Positions 24,186 through 40,333 of a stretch of 64,000 nucleotides of DNA are shown here, in pieces (position 1 is the stretch's first letter; each line of letters opens with the position of its first letter). A program made the translations under genes and the position numbers. A model generated the notes under the pieces. That model saw only the letters and a program-made list of their open reading frames with translations. It was not told the DNA's origin and did not search any database. Source of the stretch: Octopus sinensis (Eukaryota); contig NC_043005.1 in assembly GCF_006345805.1 (NCBI RefSeq), positions 25,730,001 to 25,794,000 of the forward strand, in the 5' to 3' direction.

Positions 24186-24967
24186 CGTAAATATAAGAGG
24201 GAATTTTTTAACTACTATGTAGAAACCGTTATGCTAGACGAAGATCCGCTATGGTCTCAACCACTAAAAATTGTTCTCCAGAAAATTTAGCACACCAGAA
24301 ACGTAAGCGAGATCTTAAAGTTCGTCATTATCACTTCTTAAATATAAGTGATAATTTCTGTTTCTTTCTTGGCTGAGATGCTGATTGTCACTGACGGGTA
24401 ATCGAGGTCATGTGGGAAGTGAAAGATATTTTAAAGTCAAATAAGTTTTTTTTTTTTACCAAATAATATTGGTCCTTGTAAATTACGTTCATACGAGTAT
24501 CCGAAGCTATGCGTATATGTGAATATGCGAGTGTGGGAGTGCATAAGCAGCAAATTTAATATTTCTTTCCTTGAGAAGTTAAAAGACTATCCAACATATT
24601 GTTTAGAAATGGAGAGACTGTTAATAGAAAGAATTCCTTAAATTAAATAACTCTGCTCAAAGGAACATCAACAATAAAAAAAACGAAACAAACATTGCTA
24701 CGTCTTGAACACTCTTCATGAGATGGGATGAAAGCGTTAGGTTAGAAGTATGTCCTTCTTCATCTGTACTTTCTGTTTTTTTTTCTTTTGTTCCAATTTA
24801 AATCATCGAGAAAATAGGATTTCATTTGCATATTTTCTCTGACACATTTCTTGTTCCCTATTCTACTATAATCTTTTTTATAATTCAATTCTCCACTGGA
24901 AACTTTTCATTATTATACAGACAGACTTCTCAGTATATCCTTTGAGTGCGAGAGTGTGTATGTATGA

Positions 24968-25104
<137 letters not shown>

Positions 25105-26153
25105 ACGGTGCATACGTATATTTGTCTGTGTACGTGTATGTATCAGTAGTATGTGTGTTTCCGTGTAGATATATATATATAAGTGGTCCATGGTCACACA
25201 CACATGCACGTCCACGTGCACTCGTTCATCCAAACGTACATATATTGCCACGCATACAAACTGCTTCCAGGAACCTTTTCCTCCCCAAAATTCTTTCTTA
25301 GCAGAGACAAATATTAAATATCCGACACGAGTCAACAACACACACACACACACACACAAAAAAAAGAACACGATAATAGGATTGAAGCCATATTTCAATT
25401 CCTTGGAAAAGTTAGACTTTCTTTTTTTACATCTGTATTAAAAGAAATATAAATAACCATCATTATTTCTAATTATTTTCTTTTTACCATTAATAATATA
25501 TTTATGCTTATAAGTATGCTCTCCTCAAATTTTAATCATCTGAAGTTTTCCTATCAGGATGGAACTGGTTTCTAGCAAAGATAGAACGCTGCATCATAAG
25601 GATGTACAAAACACCATCGCATTTCGAACTTAAGAAAAGGCATCCTTGTATGTTTGCAACTTGTATTTGTAACTTGATAAGGAAATCAACTTCAATTATT
25701 ATCGTCATAAATGTGAATAGAAGCTGAATGTTTCGAAGCATTACTCTATAGCTATCGATGTGTTTTAGGGATAACGTCGACTCGTATGGAGAGGTAATGA
25801 CTACATGACATTGTTGGGCAGCTGTTGATCGCATGTGAGGTGATTTCCACAGAAGTATGACATAATCAGCACTTTCAATGGCATGTTGGGAGTTCAAACG
25901 CTTAGGATTCGATGTGTAATGTGATATAGCATTCACTAGTGTCAGAAGAGTTGCACCTCGGGTCGATATTAGTTTTTCTTTGAGGTATGTCATTCCAGTC
26001 GTATGAAAGACTGTCAGGGAAGGAGTAGTTTTTGTTGAGAGGTTTTGTTGCTTAGAAATTCTCTATTCGAAGGTTGTCTGCACTGATCTCAAGTCTGAAT
26101 TTCTTTCATTTCTTCTTTAGTAGAGCTTATAGACATCATTGTATGGAAGTTTG

Positions 26154-26660
<507 letters not shown>

Positions 26661-26712
26661 GAATATACATCTATCCATCTATTCATCCATCCATATATAT
26701 ATATATGTACAT

Positions 26713-26786
<74 letters not shown>

Positions 26787-26844
26787 GGTCGTTGTCTACT
26801 CCTCATCCAGTCTCACCACCTCCTGTACCTACATCTTAGAACCA

Positions 26845-29520
26845 TCATGGCGTGTGAAGTGGCTTTTTAAACCAGACAATGTTTTGAAAAGACATATACA
26901 TAGATTGCATATCTGATTTGCAGCACCAAGAGCTGATCTGTGTAGACGTTGTGATGTTTGTGGATCTTAAGATGTCTTTCAAGGCTTCCGTCAGATTTGC
27001 AGACCTTATGGCATACATTGCACTGAAAGGCATGCACAGACATATATGCAGGCTAGTTGGTGGAGCTTCGTTTGCATGGCTTTGTAAATGAGACTTAAGC
27101 CCAGCAAAAGAAAAGCGTGGTCTGTCACAAACTGTACACACAAAAAGTTCATTGTGATTCACCTTCTTGAGCCTAACCTTCTTTAAATCTCCCTTGAGTC
27201 TTGCATGCGTGTATCCTGGCCTCTTCATATGCTTTCACTCCTCCACTTCACACTTTTTTTCGCCATTCAACTAGATCCTAAGCAAGGGTTTCTATGTCTT
27301 TTGGATCCATTCCAAGTGACTTCATATTAGTTCTTATGCCTTCCTTAAACCACATTTTAGATTTATACCGATATCGTTTCCCCTCTGCAAGCTCACCATA
27401 AAACAACAGTTTGGGTGTGCGGCCATCCGCCATCTCATTTGGTTTCTCAAAATCATCGCTTTAATTGATCTGATGCCTGCAGACGCAAGGACATCTGTGT
27501 TTGGTGTAAAAGAACTCCATTCAATGTTTAAAACGCGATGAAGGCATTTTTGGTAGCATTGTTCAAACAACTTGAAATGACTTTCATAACATGTCCACGT
27601 TTCAGAAGAATACAACAGGAATGGTAAGGCAAATGATTTGAAAAGAGCTAATTTTGTGTTTTTATTTATATATCGCTGGCACCAAACGCGTGCTGCCCTT
27701 TGAATTCCACCAAATGTTTGTGCTGCCCTTTGAATTCACGGATGTATTTCTGTGTCCACATGTCCATCATTTTATACAGGGGTTCCAAAGCAGATAAAAG
27801 GATCAACCATCTCAAGTAACTTACACTTAAAAAACAGCACCACATGCAGTTTGATATATTACAAGTGTTTTTTCTTCTTAAATTGATGGTCAAGCAAAAA
27901 TCATTACAACCTAAGTCAAATGCAGATACTAGAGAATGCAGACCTGTTTCACAATTACTGAGTAGATTGCAATCGTCAGCGTATAAGAGTTCCTTAAGAG
28001 TGAAGTAAAAACCTTCGTTTTGAATTTCAGTCTGGTCAGATTAAAAACATTCCCTGTTGTTCGATATTTTATGTAAATGCCCTCCTCGGAGTTTTGAAAA
28101 GACTGTGACAGCACAACAGCAAAGTATATTCCAAAGAGAATGGGTGCATCAAGTTCTACTCACTTTACTCCATTTTCCACGGCAAAAGATTCAGAGGGCC
28201 TACCACTAAAATTAACTCTAGTTTTCATATCTTGATTCAAAGCCCTGATTATGTTTACGAATTTCTCTGGGCAACCTATTTTCCTTAGAATAAGCCACAT
28301 AGCATTTCGATTAACAGTATCGTATGCTTTGCTCAAATTAACCAAGCTATTGTATAGGGCAAGATTCTGTTCAATTCACTTTTGCTGAAATTGTTTGATA
28401 GTAAAGGCACAATGAACTGTGCTCCTGGAGGAGAGAAAACCACATTGAGTCTCAGCTACCATATTTGGGACTATAAAGGTATTTAAACGTTCTAACAGAA
28501 TGCAGGCAAGTACCTTTCCAACCACAGACAAAAGCGAAATCCCAAGAAAATTACCACCCGGATCCTTTGGCCCTGATGCATACAGGGAGACTTGAGACCC
28601 CTTTCGGTCATGACTGACCGTGGGATTGCACCTAGAAAGTTACCCTCCCAGGCACAAGTTCGAGCAAGGTTGTTTATGGAAGACCAGCAGTCGCACATGC
28701 ATACAGGCCTCTCCTCTCCACGCGACCAGTGTTATTCAAGGAAAAGGCAAAGGGTCCGATACAGCTTGGCACCTGTGACATCGCAACTCATTTCTACAGC
28801 TAAGTGAACTGTAGCAACGTGAAATAAAGTGTCTTGCTCAAGAACACAACACGCAGCCCGGTCCGGGATTCGAACTCACAACCTCACGATCGTAAGCTCG
28901 ACACTCTAGCCACTGAGCCATGCGCCTTCACACAAGGAGACTAAAATGCCATTAATCCAGTCTTGAGGCACTTTCTCACTTCTTCAGCAATGGCTAACTA
29001 ATATATCTAAGAGTTCAAACAGTTTGTTGTCTCCATATTTCAAAACCTCGGCATAGATTCCATCAGAGCCTGGAGACGATTTGTTATTAAGCATATTCAC
29101 AGCTCAATAAATGTCATTTAGAGTTGGTTCAAATGCCATCTCCTTTATAATTGGAAGGTAGTTCAATTTCTGTTTTTCATCATCATGTTAGCGGATGATG
29201 GTCCATTCAAGAGTGTAGAAAAATGTTCTACCAAGCGCTTATGAATAGAAGCGGTATCAGTCAGAAGCAGACGTCCGTTTGCTGTTCTCCCTAGAGCTAT
29301 TGAAGAGGATTTTGGGACAAACCCTTGGCATCATTTCTATTAGCTTCTTCGTGTACTCCTTTTGATATATCATTCAACTATTCATGTTTAATTTTCCTTA
29401 GGGCAGTCTGTACTTTCCCTTTCAGCTTCCAGTAAGCTTCCTTTGAGTTGGGGTTCAAGGACTGAGCAAGAAATGTGTTTCCTAAAGTTTGTTTTCTCAA
29501 AGTGGATCATGAATTTCTGC
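26845..29520 (-). mobile_element. Decayed RTE (BovB-like) LINE, interrupted by a SINE
   Basis: PTLNDI..AVNML.NKSSPGSDGIYAEVLKYG (about 29050-29150); LSKAYDTVNRNAMWLILRKIGCPEKFV (28160-28345); YSSETWT...LRNQMRW (27334-27615); terminal CTVCDRPRFSFAGLKSHLQSH zinc finger. Confidence 0.9.
28590..28932 (-). mobile_element. tRNA-derived SINE with V/Meta-like core (family D), nested in the RTE
   Basis: Minus strand reads gtgaaggcgcatggctcagtggctagag (A box)..gagttcgaatccc (B box)..gtgttcttgagcaagacactt. Confidence 0.8.
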
Positions 29521-29644
29521 TGACTAGTTTGAGAACCTGTCACTGGATTTACGCGATTTCAATCCTACTGAACTTGCAACCGGAAATACTTTCGTTTTGA
29601 AATCTTCTCATAGATGGTTTGGGCCAAGACTGATATGCATAAAC

Positions 29645-29702
<58 letters not shown>

Positions 29703-30188
29703 ATGAAAATCAAGAATATATACTGATATATATTGTATACATACATATGCATATATATATATATACAGATATATATATATGTATGCACAGACACAAACAC
29801 GCACATACACACACACACGCACATACACATACATATATATATATATAAATATGGCGTAGTTTTGGCGAAGCATTGTGTGATATTATATTAAAAATACGTC
29901 TCGGATAAAGCTTGAATACTGTGAGAAGATGCAAAGTAAACTACGAATGAATAGGAAACATAAGAAACTTTATACTTCTATATTTCGGCGCTATGAAGAA
30001 AAGCTAAAGATGAACAGGTCGTTGCTTTTCCATCCTTCGCTTTAGCATATGTTTTGACGGAGGGGTTATAGCCCCAGAATAAAGGAATATTTGGTAAAAC
30101 GTTTTTGCTCCACGCTTTTGTATTTCACTTTACATCTTTCCACATTGGTATGGCCTTACTTTACAAGTCTTTTTACTCTGTGTGTGTG

Positions 30189-30307
<119 letters not shown>

Positions 30308-30976
30308 TTCAATAACAAAAGGGTAAAAATCAATTAATTAATTAATAATTAATAGCTATACCAATTTGTCAGTACGTTAAAATAACCTTTTTGCAAAATT
30401 ATACAAATATTTTATAATTATATACATAATTATAATCAAGGATCAGCTAATTGCTTCGCCACGCACTACATTAGAAATCGGCGCTAAACGACTTCTCTTC
30501 TAACATAAAAATCTCCGAGACCTTAGCACACATTTTTACGTAGGCAAAAGGAAAAAAATAATGAATGCACACGACTTAGATTGGCTACATATGCGTTTCA
30601 GGATTAAAGTAAAGTCATATTTCTCATCTTCCGTGCAGCATTTCGAAATGTAAATTCGAGAGTTTTAGGATTAAATAAGTATGTGATCAAGCGCCATCGC
30701 ATAACCGATATTCAATCACACTCTCCAAAATATACATCCCAATGTGGATACATATTTATCTTTAATACCCACGTGTATTACTGTCTCGGAGATCTTTATG
30801 GTAGTGTCGATTTCTAATACCGTGCGTGGCGAAGTAATTAGCTGACCCACTGATTATAGAATATTTGTATATATATATATAATCCAAACATGAACATAGA
30901 GAAAACACAACAACGCGAGGACGTGGAACAAGTATAGTGTAATTGGACGCTCAGGAAAGGAAAGAAGGAAGGAAGA

Positions 30977-31009
30977 TTTAACGTTCCGAGCGGAGCTCCT
31001 CGTCAGAAA
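30977..31009 (-). ncRNA. Degenerate minimal hammerhead-like motif
   Basis: Minus strand: ttt-CTGACGA-g-gagc tcc gctc-GGAA-c-GTT-aaa. One core substitution (GAAA to GGAA); ACGT palindromic stem III. Confidence 0.45.
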
Positions 31010-31120
31010 CATGGAAAAAGGAAAGGTCCAAGGAAGGGAAGACGGAGAAAGGAAATCGCCAACGATACACACACAGTCACAACCGCCTAAGAACAAATAT
31101 TTATATAAGCACACACGCAC

Positions 31121-31153
<33 letters not shown>

Positions 31154-31659
31154 TGCGTTTATGATTGTGTGTATATGTGCGTATTTGTATGCTTGTATGT
31201 ATGTGTTAGATATCATCAGTTAGAATATAAATCTCTTACTTCACTTTATTTCACTTATCATTATTACAGATAAATAGAATTTTAAAAAAGAAAAGTAGTC
31301 ACGTCCCATATAAAGATAATGGAGATTAAAACAATTATCAAATGTCCAATGATACAGTAGGTATGAAATTTTATATAACAGTTACATAGATTAAAAGCGT
31401 CTCCGGAATACAGGTATCAATATCATGATTGTGGTAGCGAAAATATAAACAAAACCAGTGTTAAATGTATGATATACCAGCTCGAATGCAATGTTTTCAA
31501 ATGTATAATATATTCAAGGAACTTCATAAAATTTCTTCAACTTTTGATCTTACATAATCATATTTCAACAACAACAACACAAAAAATAACAAAAAACAAC
31601 AACAAAAGAGCAACAAAGATAACAACAATAATAATGATGATGATGATGATGATGCTGAT

Positions 31660-31825
31660 AGAAGGCCTGAAATTTATGGTAGGGAACCAGTCAATTACAT
31701 CGACCTCCGAAAGGATGAAAGTCAAATATGACCACGGTGGCATTTAAACTCGTATCGTAAAGATGGACTAAATACTGCAAAGCATTTTGCCCGGTGCGGT
31801 AAGGATTCCGCCAGCTCACCGCCTT
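31660..31825 (-). mobile_element. Family A SINE (decayed)
   Basis: aaaggatgaaag..catttaaactc..ccagctcaccgcctt. Confidence 0.75.
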
Positions 31826-32371
<546 letters not shown>

Positions 32372-32375
32372 AATA

Positions 32376-32452
<77 letters not shown>

Positions 32453-32458
32453 TAATAA
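32372..32458 (+). repeat. (TAA)n array
   Basis: Direct reading. Confidence 0.95.
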
Positions 32459-32939
32459 AAATACTGACACAAGTCTATAACATTTAAGTTTGGCACAATC
32501 GGTTAACCTCAACTGCAGTTCTTCATTAGTACTTTATTTTATCGACCCCATAAAAATATAAAGCAAAATAATCTAGAGACTTACGCACTATATTAATTTC
32601 GTTTCTCTAACGACTCGACTAATCTACTGTACATAATCTATGGATGACTCCCATTGCTTATAGTACTCACGTTGGCATAAGATTGTCCTTCTGCCTCAGT
32701 ATCAGAGTGGGAGTAATCATCGACCCCCGTATATAATCAGGATTGATTCTAACAAGCTAAGAGGCGTAAAATTAGGCTGTTATAGCAGATGTATAATATT
32801 TATTGGACTCGTTTGTTGGCGCAACGTTGTAATCTTGTAGTATTAACAGTTATTTACATAGAATGTCTTATCCTTATATTAAGAAAAGCATACTTGACTT
32901 CTCTGCATATGTCAGCTAAATATTTCTATGTAAGTGTTT

Positions 32940-33620
<681 letters not shown>

Positions 33621-36285
33621 GCGTAGTTCTGTTTGCATTGGTTATAAACAATGTTTTGCTTTAGATTTGTTGTTTTTATCCTGTAGAAAGTGTTGTACAT
33701 ATCTGTGCTAGTTTATGGTACAAATGTCTAAGTTCTAGCTTTCTTCTTATGTTTTCCTATACACGTATTTTAGCATTCACTTAACGCCTATTACTTTAGG
33801 AATTCTTTCTATTTTCAGAGCTCACATATTCACGTCATTATTCTTGTTGTTGTATTTGGTGATGTTGTTACTGTTGCCTGCACAACCGCTGTTATTATTA
33901 TTATTATCATTATTGTTGGTATTTATATTACAGCGGTTGTTCTCGTTTATAAACTGCATCACATGAGTTTTACTGTGTCACCAGTTGCACCTTTATATTT
34001 CTGCCGTTTGTCTTTCATTGGAGGAGCAGAATGGTGTTTGTGTGCAACCTCCGTTTTGCCTCACTATGAAACATCTTCTGTTGTATTTTGATGTTACTTT
34101 CTTCATTCACATCTACAGCAGACTCTGTATTACATGAGCTAATGTCAGATGGTGATGTTGAACAGTTATTTACTGGGTCAGGTGTGTACAGGATGTGAGT
34201 TGAGTGAAATGCTCCTGTTAGAATGTTGGGTAAGGAATATGAACGATAAATGTTTGTGATATTTTATTGGCTTTTGATAGTTTCATGTATATGTTATGTG
34301 CAAAAAAATATTTTGAAGCTGTGTAATTGAATGTCGGCCTGTGCCGACTAGGGGTGTGTTTTGAACTCAGTATAACATCATCAGTAGGGGCGTGGTGGGA
34401 GATTAACTTAACGCAAACAAAGGGTGATTTTTAATTATCCACATAAAGAATGTTGAATAAAGATGCAATCTATCTATGAATAGATGTAATTTTCATTAAA
34501 AAACGAGTGTCTTCCTAATCTGTAAACCCGAGGACAAGAGGAGGTGACAGACTATTTGGTGCACATGACTCCAGCCCGTAGGCTCATACCGCAATGCATG
34601 TTCGTGTGTAGTAAAAGTGGGATACTTATAAGGGGCAATGGCAGTGATATTGAGCTTTGATCTCGCGGTGTGATCCACTTAGTACAATATTCGTACAGAG
34701 GCTATGCGAAGCTCTAAGTGGTCGGTTGAAATGTGTATGACATTTTATGTCCTAATTATAAGTCCTAACTACTGCCTAAAACCACTCGGCAATTACGGAG
34801 CTGCGCATCGCCATTAACATCAAACGAAAAGAATGGAACTGGCGGTACATGACAAAAAATCCAGCTGTCAGACTCTTCCAGTAAGATACATATGAATGAT
34901 GTCTGCCTTTACGACTATAAACGCAGAGAAAGATGGAAAATGACGACCAACAGCAGATTAGCAACATCAGCAGTATATCCCGTAGGCTTTTCTCCAGACA
35001 GCACAACTAGTTTCACACCACCGAAGACGGTTATCAGGTTGATAGAAAAACCGACGAACAGAACTGCTCACCAGTCAAAACACGTAGAGCCATTTCAACG
35101 TCTTGCAAAATTGGAAGAACGTGGACAAGAAAACAATCTGCCCAAAGAAATGGGATCCTCAAACGAGAACAAATATTAACTGGGAGGAAGGTTCCTCTTC
35201 TCTTGCACATATTTTTCTACAGATGCTCAAAGTACTAAAGCTTTCACAGTAAAACAGAAAACTTGGATCGCATGGATAAAGGCAAGCTGCAAATGTGAGA
35301 AGCGGAAATAACGCCGGAAATATTCAAAATACATTTGAAAGATAAAATGCAGGTGATGGCCACAGCTCTTAAAATATGATAACGTAAGAAAAGTATACTC
35401 AGAAGAAGTGGGCTTCCACATACCACGTCGAACCCCCAAAATGTTCACGAGTACGTTTGAGTAAACCAAGTTTCAATATAAGAATAGTGGAAGGCAGAGA
35501 GCGAGCGAGCGAGAGAGAGCAAAGGTAAGCAAATAGCAGAAGGAGGAGCTCACCTCACCTTCACGTAGAACTGAATTTCACCTTTTCTGGTGAAACAAAT
35601 GAGCTACTGATGGAACCACCAAGAGTGCAGACAGAAAAATTTCCGCCGTTTAGATTGCGGAGTAGTTCGGGTTAAAAATTTGGGAATCCATTCAAGATAG
35701 TTTATTAGTGTTCTTCTTGCAGGAAGTTGACCAGTCCGAAGCAAGATCTGGAGAATTCTCAAACTATGAAGGGTAGGTCAGTCTATCTGCTGCCTATGCT
35801 TTTAAATTTGAATGTTCTTTTAATTTCTGTGCTCAAATAATATCAAATTTAAAAGATGTCCTTATGAATATATTACAAAGTATTTATTCCACCTTTTATT
35901 TTTATATAACATTTTGGCTACCACATAGAATTGTAACCTTATTTTTCTATTGTATGCGTAACTGGGCACCTGTGGGCAAAAGCAGAAATTACGGTTGTTA
36001 TGGGTGATAGAAATTAAAGTTGTAAACTGGCGGAAGTTGAAGAGCGACAGGGAAAAATGCATTGCTTTATTTGTTCGGCTCTTTGTGCTTGCGGCTCAAA
36101 TTGCGCCAAGTTCTTCTCTACCTTTTACCATTTTGGCATCAATAAACTATAATAGCAGTCAAGTGTTGAGGTCAATTTGAACCACTATACTCTTCCCCTA
36201 AAATTGCTAGCCTTGTGCCAAATTCTTAAATCATCATTATTATTATTATCATCATTGTCATCATCATCATTATTATTGTTGCTGC

Positions 36286-36320
<35 letters not shown>

Positions 36321-36337
36321 TATTAGTTATTATTAGT

Positions 36338-36375
<38 letters not shown>

Positions 36376-37993
36376 TGACGATGTATAGCAAACTGGTTGA
36401 AGCTAGTATAGTATTACATTTACAAATGCTGCTGATTCGGATGAAAAACAAATTGAAACTGGAAAGAAACCTAACCAAATTGAATAGAGTGTTACATTTG
36501 GCACTCTACAAACACCCTGCTACGCTTTGATTATCATTATCGTCAAATTTCTTCATTATTTTACCACTTATCAGAGAATATTTAAGATTACTTTTCCTTT
36601 ACATAATTATTGATCTCTTCAAGTTTGTTATGTATCATATAATTATTTTCAACATCATTATAATTTCCATACTATAGTGCTATGTTATGATAACTATTTT
36701 ACCTAATAAAATGTATTTTTTCAGGTAATAATTTTTAAAATTATTCTTGTTTCTGTTAATGAAATATATTTTTTTAATTTCCTGTTTCGGTTTAATTATA
36801 ACATGTTTCTTCGAAATAATCTTTTCGTAATATTAGAATCAATCTGTCAAATATTATTAATTAAAAAATCTCATTAATTACGTATGAATTAGTTTTGAAA
36901 CAGAAACAGAACAAATTTTGCTTGAAACCAAATATTAAATCAAGGGTAGTGTTTTGATAATCCAATGAAAAGTATGTGCCGTGTTGATAATAACAATTTT
37001 TACAGTGTCACGAACAAAAATAAGTCTGTTTAATTTCAAAGGTTATTTTTGCAGTAGACGAAGAATAAATTCCGTTTTGTCACACATATATGAATCTTGT
37101 ACATTAGATTTCACTTCGTTTTTTTTTCTTTATATTTGTTACATTCAATAACTGGGAAAAATTGGCGGCCCTATTTCATTAAGGCATTCACAATTAAATC
37201 GACTGTGAAACTCGATTTATCTAAAACAACATAAAGCGAAACAGTTTTATAAAATATTGATTTCTTTTAAATAGGGCCAACACCTCAAGTTTGTATTGGA
37301 AGTTTGATTGTATGAACATCTCTATATCAATAGTTTATTGAATCTTATGATAGCAGAGATACATTGGCCAGGATGTATATCGAAATCAGATCATGGCTCG
37401 AGAGAACTAAATATTATAAAATATCCAGTTTAATTTACCATGTTTTTTTCTGTCATTTCAGGGGTAAAGGAATGAATAATCAAATAGTGAAGTCCCGTAT
37501 ATAAAACACACTAAGTACATGTTACAAATATATTAATGTTTCAATAACATAAAATAAATTTAATCTTGAATTATGATATGAAAATGTGTTTATGACACCG
37601 AGCATACGGCATGGTATGCCACGTACATAACGATTCTACCAGCTTCGAGCTAGTTTGCTCTCCAGAGGTATCCCGCTGCCCCATGTTGCCTTGGCCATGG
37701 GCATATGCACGCGACAACAGCTAGCAGACAAAGTGTAAAAGTGTAAAAGTACAGACCAGCGCACTGATTAATTACTTAGGGATTGAATTATCAGATCAAA
37801 CTGTCACTTTAGTACGTGACAACAATAAAAATTTCAGTGATATTTAAATTAAAAAGCAAAGACGAGACGTTTTCAAGCGGACATCACCGACTGCCAAGAA
37901 ACCTGCTAAGATGGGAATAGTTGGAAACACATTCACAGACACATACAGATACATACACACATGCATACATACACACACACACACACACACTTA

Positions 37994-38024
<31 letters not shown>

Positions 38025-38089
38025 ACAAACACTCATATAGTATGTATGTATGAAAGTATGTATGTGTATATGTATGTATGTATGTATGT

Positions 38090-38101
38090 ATAGATAGACA
38101 A

Positions 38102-38193
<92 letters not shown>
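38090..38193. repeat. (AGAT)n microsatellite
   Basis: Direct reading. Confidence 0.95.
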
Positions 38194-38194
<1 letters not shown>

Positions 38195-39016
38195 GGGATG
38201 GGTGGAGAGAGAAAGAGAGACGCTAAAGAAAGAGTAGAGCTCTAAATATCTTGGAATGAATCCTACGCCGACGGATAAATGCAGTTTCCTTACACCAAAT
38301 ATTCGTATTCATTTCGGTTCTGTCGAACGAAGTGAATGTTGAACGTAAGGAGAATGCAAGTAACTAATGGCGTTAGTTTTACTTGGGAATGCATATATAC
38401 ATCATTTATACATACATATATAAATATAGATAGACAGACAGACAAACGGATAGATAGATAATTGTTGTTGATACATATTTTTTACATAGATAAAACATTA
38501 AATCTTCTTTCAAAAGATTCCCTTGTTTCATATAGATGCCAGTTTCGTTAGGTTAGATGTAAACATTTTCAAAGACACTAGAGAATAAATTTGTTATGTT
38601 TAGTATATATAATTTTTATAGTTTACTTATATAAATTTATTCTTAATAAACTTCATGAAGACAATTACAACTTATTTTTAACGATTGACTTTCTAATATT
38701 GGTTCCTCTAAAGGTAAATTTTATGAAGTCTTGTGGTCTTGTGGTCTATTACATACTACGGAGATTAAGCCTCGACATAAATTTATGAAAAGATATGTAA
38801 AAAGCCAGTTCACTGTTATATATTTGCAAATAATTGTATATACGTCTAAAGATTCAGTGCATATGTTTTATAGCATGTATGAACATATCTATATTCGACA
38901 TAATATCAGATCGATCGCACAAACGTATGCATATATGTGTGTGTGTGCATGTATGAAAGTTGTATATATATATATATATATATATGGGTATGTGTGTGTA
39001 TACGTGCATGTGTGCA

Positions 39017-39052
<36 letters not shown>

Positions 39053-39070
39053 AATGGTAAGACAACAAGA

Positions 39071-39253
39071 GAATGAAAGACACCTCGATATTACGTAAAT
39101 AGAGGAATTTATCTGTAAATGTAATACGTGACAATTATTGAGTAGCGATGATAAAACTCCGAGTTTCGGATGTCGGGGTGGAAATCCACGCCGCCATCCG
39201 AAATACGGACTTTTATCATGGTTACTGAATAATTGTCACATATTACATTTACA
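39071..39253. mobile_element. Foldback repeat element, copy 2
   Basis: 59-nt imperfect inverted arms at 39114-39172 and 39195-39253 around a loop with a gtgga-aa-tccac hairpin; shares flank and core with 23910-24125. Confidence 0.85.
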
Positions 39254-39270
39254 CACACACACACACCCGC

Positions 39271-39332
<62 letters not shown>

Positions 39333-39764
39333 TCACACTTATAATCTAGGTGCGTATTTATTCGTGAGTGCGTGTGTCTTGTTGGCGCGTTTTGTAGTGT
39401 TTTGTATTTGTAGAATATTCTAATGAACTAAAGATTGTGTGTGGGGTATAACTTGTAGAATAACTTATTTCATTAAGTTTTTCTACTCTTGATATAAGTT
39501 CTCCATTATTTAGCGGTTCCCATTTAGAATTTCAGATACGAAGTGCAAGAAACAACTTGAATTAATATGTCAGATTTACTATTGTCAATGTACAAGAGTT
39601 TAAGACTTCCCTGTGCATCGCGGCAAAATAACGTTTGCTATACTGAAGGCCACTAGATGAGCTGCATTGTGGACACTTATTTTTACGTATAGTCTGTATG
39701 TATGTATGGATGTATATATGCATAAATTATACGTATGCTTACATATATTCATTTCTTTATTGCC

Positions 39765-39945
39765 CAGAAGGGGATGAATAAGGACAGACAAAGGGATTAA
39801 GTCGATTATATGGAACCCAGTTCGTAACTGGTACTTATTTAATCGATCCCCGAAAGCGGAATTTAAACTCAGAACGTAACGGCAGACGAAATACCCACTA
39901 AGAATTTCGCCCGGCGTGCTAACGTTTCTGCAAGCTCGCCGCTCT
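39765..39945 (-). mobile_element. Family A SINE (internally deleted)
   Basis: gattaagtcgattata..cagaacgtaacggcagacgaaatac..gctcgccgc. Confidence 0.8.
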
Positions 39946-40117
39946 GTATGCATACATATATTAGCATGTAACTGTGTATCAGTTTGATTTGTGTAGTATC
40001 ATTATATCTAAATACTTTCGAAGTACATATTGTGAAACCATTATATATATATATATGGGGGGGGGCTTTCTCTGTGTGAGCGTGTATGTATATATATGTA
40101 TGTAAATGTATGTATGG

Positions 40118-40188
<71 letters not shown>

Positions 40189-40249
40189 GTTATATCTATC
40201 TATCCTATCTATCTATCTGCCTCTCTCTCTCTCTCTCTCTCTCTCTATG

Positions 40250-40333
<84 letters not shown>

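Noticed and set aside
25532-25993. 153-aa non-repetitive minus-strand ORF
   Set aside because: No recognisable domain, splice context or partner exon; a BLASTX search would be needed.
28850-28932. tRNA-like sequences here and at other SINE heads
   Set aside because: A and B boxes are present, but there is no complete cloverleaf and each continues into a SINE body.
36705-36730. ttttttcag/GTAATA, a possible recursive splice site on the plus strand
   Set aside because: No plus-strand host gene is established, and such motifs arise by chance in AT-rich DNA.
37600-37720. GC-richer patch with short hairpins (ggcat-ggt-atgcc; cccatg..catggg)
   Set aside because: Could be a Helitron end, but no second copy or matching terminus was found in the window.
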